From contig NC_043022.1 of assembly GCF_006345805.1 (NCBI RefSeq), positions 24,242,001-24,306,000 of the forward strand: 64,000 nucleotides of DNA, written 5' to 3'. The translations under genes and the position numbers were made by a program. The notes below the pieces were generated by a model. The model was not told where the DNA came from and ran no database searches. It saw only the letters and a program-made list of their open reading frames with translations. Source of the DNA: Octopus sinensis. Its lineage: Eukaryota. Numbering within the stretch: position 1 is the first letter of the stretch; each line of letters starts with the position of its first letter. Of the stretch, positions 53,360-64,000 are shown one piece after another.

Positions 53360-53524
53360 AGTAAATTTAGCACAAGTCTTGTAGCTTTGAGATTTTAATG
53401 AGGTAACTGAAATTTTAGAATGACATTGTAGGATTGGTGTGAGAGGTCACATCTGGTCAGTTTGAACATAGAACAGGTAGAATATTTGGGCCGGATATGG
53501 TTGGTTTAAACAGTAAAGGGTTAA
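53360..53524. mobile_element. Second piggyBac-like MITE family fragment (related pieces at ~330-510 and ~4780-4880)
   Basis: Ends aaaggg|ttaa; internal sequence is the reverse complement of 330-510. Confidence 0.45.
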
Positions 53525-53914
53525 AGCATCACCTGGTTTAATCCGCCATCATCAATACTTATTTGGACTTTGTTCTGAAGCTTTCAACAAAGTTTACTGT
53601 GTTGCAAGCATTCAAGCCAGGTTTCCTGTGTGAAGATTACCCCCTCTATAACCATCAATCTCAGAGGTCCTGGAAAGCTTCAAGGGCGTTACATTTTCTC
53701 TAATTAAACCATTAAAAAGAGGTCAAGCAAATCCACAGAGGAATCTCAGCCAGGCTGGCTGCTTTGTGGGAGTGAGTGCCTCTATTATGTTACACAAACA
53801 AGTAAGTCAATTACAAATACAAATACTTCATGCTAACACCAAACCTCTTTCATTTTCTTTTATATATACACACATAATTACATACAAATACACACACAGA
53901 TATATATATATATA

Positions 53915-54100
53915 TGTATATAAATTGAAATGAATTAGTGGAATATTTTTGTGTGTGTGGATACGCATATATATATGTATGTACACACACACATATATGT
54001 ATGTATATAAATTGAAATGAATTAGTGGAATATTTTTGTGTGTGTGGATATGCATATATATATATGTACACACACACACACACATATGTATGTATGTATG
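53915..54100 (+). repeat. ~90-bp tandem duplication
   Basis: tgtatataaattgaaatgaattagtggaatatttttgtgtgtgtggata occurs twice. Confidence 0.85.
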
Positions 54101-54759
54101 CATACCAACAAAAATATTCCTCTAATTCATTTTCAATTTCTTTTTCCATTTTTCTATATTTAAATTTTAACAGCAGAAAGAAAATGAAAAGTCTTTTCTT
54201 TTAAACCTTCACCTAATATTTTTAGTATCCATAATAATGAATGAAAACACATATACAAAAAAGGTAAAATTATTTTTAATCTATCAGATTTTCAGGCGCT
54301 TCTCTAATTTCAGCTTAATTAAAAGGAACCTATAACGAATATTAATACGTAGCAGCAAGGAAATGAGAACAGTTTCTATAATAATCTTTTAATACCAATG
54401 CATTAAAATATCCGATGACTTACACATTGAAATATTTTAATTATAGCTTCAACACGAAAACCATACTGTGGAAAAGTTTGTCATCTGAGGCGGCGTCATG
54501 TTTATGCCATTAGGGCCTAACACGAGGAGGTGGTGGCAGTGCGAGGCGGTGTCGCAGTTTCAACCCTCAGCAAAGAAAATTCGTCTTAAGTGAAGGAATC
54601 AAATGTAATTTGTTGCTAAACAGAAGATATTGTATAAGCTGCTAAGAGAATTCGAGTGAGGGGAGGGTTTTCAAATTTGATTAATAAATATCTGTCATTA
54701 CAGTGAGTATGTATGTGTATGTGTGCGCGCGTATGTGTGTGTATATATATACATATATA

Positions 54760-55070
54760 TGTGGAGGCGCAATGGCCTAGTGGTTAGGGCAGCGGACTCG
54801 CGGTCGTAGGATCGCGGTTTCGATTCCCAGACCGAGCGTTGTGTGTTTATTGAACGAAAACACCTAAAGCTCCACGAGGCTCCGGCAGGGGGTGGTGGTG
54901 ATCCCTGCTGTACTCTTTCGCCACAACTTTCTCTCACTCTTTCTTCTGTTGGCCTGCTCACTTAGCCAGCGGGATGGCGTCATTTGAAGGCTAAAACAAT
55001 GCGAAGCGCATTGTGACCAGCGATGTGTAGCAACATCTGATAGCCTGGTCGGTCACGGTGATCACGGTGA
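54760..55070 (+). mobile_element. SINE C, CpG-rich (young); partial copy also at 45710-45880
   Basis: Full length with tcacggtgatcacggtga tail. Confidence 0.85.
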
Positions 55071-55309
55071 TATATATATATAAAATCTCGTCGCTATTAT
55101 ATCGAACTGTCGTATGTCCAAATTTAGTCAAATGCACTTTTTTCAATATCTGTTTTTGCTTGCAATAGCCGGTTCTTTTGGTCAAACTATTGTATCTCCA
55201 GCTGCTTCAGATGCAAAGATATTTTTTTGTTTTCTGAAAAAGCAACGTTTTGGCACCCTGGGTAAATGTCTTCTACTATAGCTTTGGATTTGGTAGACAG
55301 AAACTGAAA

Positions 55310-55510
55310 GGTGGCGAGCTGGCAGAAATGTTAGCACGCCGGGCAAAATGCTTAGCGGTATTTCGTCTACCGCTATGTGTTCTGAGTTCAAATTCTGCCG
55401 AGGTCGACTTTGCCTTTCATCACTGGGGTCGATATAATCGACTTAATCCGTTTATCTGTCCTTGTTTGTCCCCTCTGTGTGTAGCCCCTTGTGGGCAGTA
55501 AAGAAATAAG
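55310..55510 (+). mobile_element. SINE B inserted in a SINE A remnant
   Basis: A pieces at 55250-55310 and 55515-55750 flank it. Confidence 0.65.
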
Positions 55511-56264
55511 AAACCGAGAGAAGCTTGTCGTGTGTGTGTCTGTGCGTGTAACTTTGTATTTGTGGTTGTCAATCACCACTTGACAACTGGTGTCGGCTTG
55601 TTTACATCCCTTTAACTTAGCAGTTTCACAGAAACTGACAAAGTGAAAACCAAACCTTGAAAAAAATAACTTACTGGGAATAATAAATTCCCTCAACTAA
55701 AAACCCTTCGAGGTGGTGCCCCAACATAGCTACAGTCCAATGACTGAAACATGTAAATGCTATAAGATTGAAGTAAAGTAATGGCCCTTTTTTTTTTTAC
55801 AAACTATGCAGGGGCTTCTAAGTAGACTTTACCATTACTGTAATCAACAAATTCTCTTCAAATATTTCCACACAAGGCACTAGAGATAACACAGTTCTAA
55901 TTGTTAACCCATTAAGGGTAAATTATTAGCTTGTTTTAAGCTCTAAAGAAAGACTCACAAACACTTAGAACTGGTTAGTGCTTCCTGAAAGCCAGATACA
56001 CAAGTCAATTTAAGTTGAAGTACTTTCAACACACATGTGAACGTGTGTGTGTGTGTATGATTATGCATGCATGAGCATGTGTGTTGCTGTTTTTTTTTTT
56101 ATAATGTTATACATTTAAAGCTATCCCAGTAGAAATAATAAGAGACTGCCTGGTGTTTAGCCAACTTTAACTAGAGTGTTCATCTGTATGCAAGTGTGAA
56201 TATATTTATGAAAGTATATGCAAGTGTGTGTGTGTGTGTGTGTACATGTACAATGTATATGTAT

Positions 56265-56675
56265 ACTCTTTACTCTTTTACTTGTTTCAGTCATTTGACT
56301 GCGGCCCCATGCTGGAGCATCGCCTTTAGTCGAGCAAATCAACCCCGGGACTTATTCTTTGTAGGCCTAGTACTTATTCTATCAGTCTCTTTTGCCGAAC
56401 CGCTAAGTGACGGGGACGTAAACACACCATCATCTGTTGTCAAGCAATGCTAGGAGGACAAACACAGACACACAAACATATACACGCACATACATATATA
56501 TATATATATATACGACAGGCTTCTTTCAGTTTCCGTCTACCAAATCCACTCACAAGGCTTTGGTCGGCCCGAGGCTATAGCAGAAGACACTTGCTCAAGG
56601 TGCCACGCAGTGGGACTGAACCCGGAACCATGTGGTTGGTTAGCAAGCTACTTACCACACAGCCACTCCTGTGCC
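56265..56675 (-). mobile_element. SINE A
   Basis: Full-length homolog. Confidence 0.85.
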
Positions 56676-57624
56676 TATGTATATCTGAAATTAGGGAATG
56701 GAGTAGATATGAAACACAAGTAGCTTGAATTTTTATCTCCTCCATTCCCTAATTTTGGGTTTCTATTCACATACACAGCAACCCCTGCTGTTATCTGTAA
56801 GCTATAAAACCATTTTTTCAGCTTATTGAACTTCAATAGAGGAACAATTTACAAACTTCTGCATCAATAAACAGCTATTGTTCCTGAAAGTTGTTTTTTT
56901 AAGCCTTCTGTGGACTGCTCAAAGTTCACTATCTTTCTACACCTTGATCTATGGATCTTACCTTCACACACACACACACACACATTCATCATCATCATCA
57001 TCATCATCATCGTTTAATACTGGTAGGATATAGTAGAAGGCACTCTCCCATGGTGCCTTACAGTGGGACTGAAACCAGAACCATGAGGTCGGGAAGTAAA
57101 CTTCTTTCCACACAATCATGCCTGTATATATTCGGCATGTAAAAAGCACCCACTACACTCTCGGAGTGGTTGGCGTTAGGAAGGGCATCCAGCTGTAGAA
57201 ACCCAGCCAGATCAGATTGAAGCCTGGTGCAGCCTTCTGGCTTCCCAGACCCCGGTCAAACTGTCCAACCCATGCTAGCACAGAAAACGGACGTTCAATG
57301 ATGATGATATATATATATATATATATGTATATATATGTGTGTGTGTGCATATGCATACATATATACGTACATACAGACAAACACATGTGTGTATGCTAAC
57401 ACACACAAATTTATATTATTTCTTTGGTTAATTCCACCAGATTATTAGTCAAGAAAAGCAAACATTATTCTTGAGAGAATGAAGAGAGGATTATTTAAAA
57501 AAAAAATATACAGTGTTTTATTTTTGTACGCATCCAACTCTATGCATATTTAATATAAATAACAGACACTGGTTTTCATTATTCATAATTAGAGAAAGAC
57601 ATGCTATGTGTGTGTATACTCTTA

Positions 57625-57835
57625 TACTCTTATACTTGTTTCAGTCATTTGACTGTGGCCATGCTGGAGCACCGCCTTTAGATGAGCAAATCGACCCCGG
57701 AACTTATTCTTTGTAAGCCCAGTACTTATTCTATCGGTCTCTTTTGCCAAACCGCTAAGTTATGGAGACATAAATACACCAGCATCGGTTGTCAAGCAAT
57801 GTTGGGGAGACAAACACACACACACACAAACCCAT

Positions 57836-57901
<66 letters not shown>

Positions 57902-58065
57902 CATATATACGACGGGCTTCTTTCAGTTTCTGTCTACCAAATCCACTCACAAGTCATTGGTCGGCCCGGGGCTATAGCAGAAGACACATGCCCAAGATGC
58001 CACGCAGTGGGACTGAACCCGGAACCATGTGGTTGGCAAGCAAGCTACTTACCACACAGCCACTC
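57625..58065 (-). mobile_element. SINE A
   Basis: Full-length homolog. Confidence 0.85.
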
Positions 58066-58379
58066 CGTGTGTGTATTCATCTTTTTATCCACCAACATCA
58101 GATGTCAAGGTCTACCTTGGATAAAATTATTAGTATTTATAGGCTTTGAGGCAAATCTCTGCACAGGGCCCTAGATTATTTATTTATTATTGACTGCGAA
58201 GTGCAGCATACAATTATATCAGAATTGGGCCCCTAAATCCATGAAAACTCTGGACGACTGTCCAGAGTGCCCATCGTTTATAATGGTACTGGGTCTTTCC
58301 CATTAATGGTGAGACACAGATGCCTGAACAGTCCCGTGCTGGGCCCGAAATTTCTAATGCAACTGAGGCATGAATATGT

Positions 58380-58830
58380 AATGGCACACAGGCACACACA
58401 AGCACAGATACACACGAGTACACACACACAAAGTAGACATCACACACACACATACAGACACAAAGTAGACATCACACAAACAACAACACACACACACACA
58501 GACGTACACAATCAGAGGCATACACATTATACACACAGACACACAAGTACAGACAAACAGACAGACAGATACACACACATAAAGTAGACACCATACAAGC
58601 AACAACACGCGCACACACACATGTTCACAATCAGAGTCATACACACAAGCACAGGCAGACACACACACACACACACGTACACAATCAGAGGCACACACAT
58701 TAAACACACAAGCACAGACATACAGACACACACACACACACAAGCAGAGATACACAGAAGCTTAGCCAGACAGATAAAGCACACACACACACACATGTGG
58801 AAAACGAAAGAAGCATACACACACATTGGT
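58380..58830. repeat. Degenerate CA-rich tract with acaatcagag and aagtagaca sub-repeats
   Basis: Direct reading. Confidence 0.75.
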
Positions 58831-59149
58831 GCTATTTCCTAGCTACATTCTTCACCGGTGTATATATATATATATATATATATGGAGAGAGAGAGAGAGA
58901 CAGACAGACATCATTAGTTTGGTGATAGCGAGCAGGCAGTGGTGCAGATAAGCAGCGATACGAAGCCGAAACGGAGTGCGGAGATCAATAGTGGAATATA
59001 TTAGAAGGGAAGCAGGAAAAGCAGCGAGCAGAACAAAGTGGAAGGGAGATAAACCCCGGTCGAAGGAAGAAATAGAGCAGAGAAAATACGAAAAAAAAGT
59101 ACACACACCACACACACCTTGTTTCCCTTATTCACCACTGTCAGTGTCC

Positions 59150-59158
59150 GTATGACTG

Positions 59159-59210
<52 letters not shown>

Positions 59211-59578
59211 GTAACTTCGGTATAGGTACCGGATACATTTCAAGGAAGTGTTTTTTTTTATATATATGGGGGGTTAGTGTCAGGGTTTTTGTTAGAGTTA
59301 GGGGTGGGAGAGAGAGAGGGTTATATATATATATATATATATAATATATATATATATATAATATATATATAATTATACACACGGAGATATATACATATAC
59401 ACACACGTGTATCGGGGTCGATTGAAATAAGTACCAGTTACGCACTCGGGGTCGATGTAATCGACTTAATCCATTTGTCTCTGTCCTTGTTTGTCCCCTC
59501 TGTGTTTAGCCCCTTGTGGGTAATAAAGAAAGAAATATATATATTACACACACAAAGATATATAAATATACACACACA

Positions 59579-59621
<43 letters not shown>

Positions 59622-59715
59622 ATATATATATATTATATATAAAGGGCTTAGTGGTCCCTTTGCATACTGAATCTGGTGAAATTGATTAATTAATTAATTT
59701 TACCCTCAATTGTTG

Positions 59716-59755
<40 letters not shown>

Positions 59756-60000
59756 ACATATATATGTGTACATAGATATATATATTTTATACATGTACAC
59801 ATAAACGTGTTTATATATATATATATATATATATAGATATATATATATATATATAAGATATTATATTATATACATATATATATATAATAGGCGAAAGACA
59901 CACACACATACACGCAGAGAGACACAATATATATATTATATATATATATATACATATATAATATATATATATATACATATATTACGACAGGCTTCTTTCA
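59150..60000. repeat. Extended (TA)n-rich region
   Basis: Direct reading. Confidence 0.85.
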
Positions 60001-60900
60001 GTTTCCGTCTACCAAATCCACTCACAAGGCATTGGTCGGCCCGGGGCTATAGCAGAAGACACTTGCCCAAGAGATGCCACGCAGTGGGACTGAACCCGCA
60101 AACCATGTGGTTGGTTAGCAAGCTACTTACCACAGAGCCACTCCTGTGCCTATATATATATATATATCTTACTGATATTCTAAGGGCTATGGTAGATTGG
60201 CTTGATTTAATTAATCAGGTTAGTTTACCATTAAACAATAGATGAAACGGTGATCGTATAAGAAAATTACAGGGTAAATGTTTTTAATTTTCTCCTGGTT
60301 TACGGAATTGATGTTATTTTGCGGTTTGAAGCTTTTGGCTGTTATTTCTAGTGGGGAAGGCCTATTATGGCCGTTCCTTGATTGTGATGATAGATATATA
60401 TATATATTATATATATAATATATAGATATATATATAATAGATATATATATTATATATATATATATATTTAAAAAAAATCCTACTGTCTTTTATAATAAAA
60501 AATATTATTAGGAATTGTAAAAAATTATTAAAATATTTTGTGTATTATAAATGTATAACCAATTTAGTGCAGATAAGTCTTAACAAAATCTTATATGGAC
60601 CTTCAAGGGTCATGTGGACCCTGGTTGAGGAACACTGGTTTGAGATAAGGTGAGCACAGAAACTTAGATTTGAGTGTACCTCAAGAATGTATGTGTATTT
60701 GTATGTGCTTGTATATATATACATATATGCTTGTGTGTGTGTGTACAGTACTGTATATTTTTTTAATTATTTTTATAATTTGTATATATTCATTTTATTA
60801 TAAATGCAAAACGACAACACAGAGTTATTGACATAAACTTAACTAAAAAGTCACGATAGGTGAATTGTGATATGGCAATTAATTACTATATATATATATA

Positions 60901-60940
<40 letters not shown>

Positions 60941-62449
60941 ATACATATACACACACACACAATGGAAAGTAAAGATATAAAAATATTTTGTGTGGGAAAA
61001 GATCTATGTGGAGTGGGTGTGTCCACAAGGGTGGAAATACATTCAGCAGAAAGAGTAATGCTGGTGACTGTGTGATCTCTACAAACGAAGACAACCCACG
61101 TGAAGTCAGAATGTCTGCTCTTTGTGTAATTTAGCCAAACATGTGTAGGAATTTTTATAGAGACAACATGACTGTGTATTTAACAAGGGGCAGACAGAGC
61201 AATGTAGTTGAAAATTTTTCTCTTCACAGCTCACACACTTTAGGCAAGAGTGCTACCACCAGGGTCTCAGGTTAACCAATAGAGTGAAATTCAAGGTGCC
61301 CACTATGTGTGTGTGTGTGGGATATCAATATATATATATATATATAGAATATATATATATATATATATATATATAGGTGCAGGAGTGGCTGTGTGGTAAG
61401 AAGCTTGCTTCTCAACTACATGGTTCCGGGTTCAGTCCCCACTGCGTGGCACCTTGGGCAAGTGTCTTCTATTGTAACCCCAAGCCAACTAAAGCCTTGC
61501 GAGTGGATTTGTCAAATAGAAACTTAAGCCTGTTGTGTGTGTGGATATGTATATACACACACACACACAATGTCTTCTTTTCAGTTTCTGTCTACCAAAT
61601 CCACCCATAAGATTTTGATCAGCTTGGGGCTATATTAGGAGACACTTGCCCAAGGTAGCATGCAGTGGGACTGAACCTGAACCACCAAAAGTGTAACCTT
61701 ACATGACCTCAGTGACCCAGGCACCTAGGTGAGAGGGACATGATGTAGATCTTAAGGGAATTAATCTTACCAATGATAGATTGGTTTCATATCAAGGGGC
61801 CTGGTTTATTTCACCAGCTGTTTAATAACACTTTCATGTAGTCCCTCAATATGCCAGGAATAGCAGTTACAGTCCCCTCAAATCACACCCTTCCTGTCTT
61901 GCATGGATAAGAGAAACAATAGCCAAAGTACACACTGAACAGAGTGGGCATCACTGGAAAGACTGTGATCATAGATCAGTTAGTTGGATCTATGATCCAG
62001 TTGGACCGACCTAGGGTTAGCAACAACAACAACAACCATGTCATGAAGCAGGTTTCACTCTATAGTTCATAGTTGAGTGAGTGATTAACATATGGAAGAG
62101 CAAACAGCTGGAAAAACAATTAGTACAAGGAACAAAATTATCCCACCCAGAAAATGGGTGTAAAACAGGAAGAAGGCGCACAGGGAGGGTGGAGAGGGAG
62201 AGAGAAAGAGAGAGAGGAACAGGAAATAGGAGGGAGTGGGGTGTAAGAGATAATGAATCCTGTATTTAGAGTTTTGGGATATTTAAAGTAGTTCTGGGTA
62301 ATATAATAAGGAGTGTTTCAGGAAAGTAGGACTATTTGTGTGAGTATGCTTACAGAGTAGACAATTGATGCCTGAACAGTCCAATACTGGCCCACACTCT
62401 CTAACGCAGCTGAGACGTGAATATGTGATGGCACATATACACACAGACA

Positions 62450-62665
62450 CAGGATGAAAGGCAAAGTTCAAATTCCGCCGAGGTCAACTATGCCTTTCAT
62501 CCTTCGGGGGTCGTTAAATAAAGTACCAGTTTCGCACTGGGGTCGATGTAATTGGCTTAATCCGTCCCTGTAACTTAGCGGAGGTCGATGTAATCGACTT
62601 AATCCGTTTGTCTGTCCTTGTTTCTCCCCTCTATGTTTAGCCCCTTGTGGGTAGTAAAGAAATAT
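62450..62665 (+). mobile_element. SINE B 3' part with internal duplication (other partial copies at 9925-10110, 59410-59530, 63890-64000)
   Basis: Meta-like domain and gtttagccccttgtgggtagtaaagaaat tail. Confidence 0.65.
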
Positions 62666-62936
62666 ATACACACACACACATGCACTAGTACAGACATACA
62701 CTTGTGTTTATAATACCAGTGAATATATATAGGAAGTAATACTAACGTATGTGTCTGTGTGTGTGGGGGGGGGTGTCTGCTTTTGTGTATGTAGGTCTGC
62801 TTGTGACTAATACATTAGTCACAAGAGAAGATGTGGGACAATAGTCATAACTTTTGGCAACTCACAAGCCTCAAGATATCACGACAAGCCTTGTAATGTC
62901 GCATACGTTTCCAATGCTTCCTCAGGTACATCAATG

Positions 62937-63346
62937 GGATCTTTTCGGTTTGAACGGCAGTTTTTAACATAATTTCTAGGTAACTAAAAAATTTTAAACT
63001 TCGTATACTGGTAGAATGTGTTTATAAAACATCTTTTTCCCTTGGCTTTATTGGGAAAATTCTATAGTTTGTAAGATATTTGTTGTTTTTTTCTTCAATT
63101 TCTGCAATTTCAACCCATCAATGACGTCTATTGAGGTGAAAAACATTCTGTGGCGTATGAATATGTCCCTCGTTTAAGAAACAGATGGGTTTATTTACAT
63201 TTCTGAAGAAAAAAAAGATACCCTTCCCCCCACCCCTAACCCTAAAACAGATTGAAATGCAATAGATCGATACTAGGGTCATAATTATGGGTGACAATTT
63301 CATATGGCTCCGCTAGAAAAAACTGCCGTTCAAACCGAAAAGATCC
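62937..63346 (+). mobile_element. Merlin-like MITE copy 5 (subtype a)
   Basis: Perfect ~28-bp TIRs; perfect 8-bp TSD catcaatg. Confidence 0.85.
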
Positions 63347-63594
63347 CATCAATGTCCTACTTGTTTTCACTGCCAACAACAACAAGACCTATGCAGATAA
63401 TACGACCGACTTCAGTCCTTCTTAATGATCCACACACCTCCAAGCTCTGACCTCATGCAATTAAGATACTCTGAGTCAAACCTGTCCTACCTCAATGAAC
63501 AGACACCTTGAGAACATTCTCTGATCGAGATCAAGTTTTACCAATCTTGTATTTTTCAACAAATTTGATAATCACAACACACATTGACTGGCGC

Positions 63595-63890
63595 CAGCAC
63601 TCCGTCAGTTATGACAACGAGGATTCCAGTTGATACGATCAACGGAACAGCCTGCTTGTGAAATTAATGTGCAAGTGGCTGAGCGCTCCACAGACATGCA
63701 TACTCTTAATGTAGCTCTCAGGGAGATTCAGCATGACAATGTGGAAAGCTGGCCCATTGGCTTACGGGTACAACTCGTTTTTGCGAGCTGAGTGGACTGG
63801 AGCAATATGAGATGAAGTAACTTGCCCAAGAGTACAATACACAATCAGGAATCAAATATACAACCTTACAATCTTGAACTGAATACCCTA
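63595..63890 (-). mobile_element. SINE D-like head fused to module F
   Basis: F at 63595-63790, degraded D head at 63780-63890. Confidence 0.5.
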
Positions 63891-64000
63891 ACCTATTTCT
63901 TTACTACCCACAAGGGGCTAAACACAGAGGGGACAAACAAGGACAGACAAACAGATTGAGTCGATTATATTGACCCCAGTGCGTAACTGGTACTTAATTT

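Noticed and set aside
54760-54835. tRNA-like sequences at SINE heads
   Set aside because: They have A/B boxes but continue into SINE bodies with no complete cloverleaf or terminator, so they are not called tRNA genes.

Overview
AT-rich, microsatellite-saturated eukaryotic DNA. The repeat content suggests an octopus/coleoid cephalopod genome (inference, not verified). Most of the window appears to be intronic. Four splice-supported phase-0 exons of one unidentified minus-strand gene can be joined in frame (37190-37011, 26693-26379, 5563-5486, 38-<1), giving about 203 aa of Pro/Ser-rich, low-complexity protein that continues beyond the left edge. The rest is transposon-derived: several modular tRNA-derived SINE families (labelled A-D here), a (GAT)n-tailed retro-repeat (E), decayed RTE and RLE-type LINE fragments, and MITEs of four or five DNA-transposon superfamilies (Merlin-like, mariner, piggyBac-like, Tigger/pogo-like, possibly hAT). 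Two Penelope-like fragments carry a minimal hammerhead-like core. Nearly all ORFs in the supplied track are microsatellite or SINE artefacts. I found no CRISPR array, rRNA, true tRNA or intact transposase, and no convincing novel multi-gene system. The best leads are the Merlin-like MITE family, the hammerhead-like elements, the nested-insertion chronology, SINE module shuffling and the multi-exon gene. SINE and repeat boundaries were read by eye and are approximate (about +/-10-20 bp).
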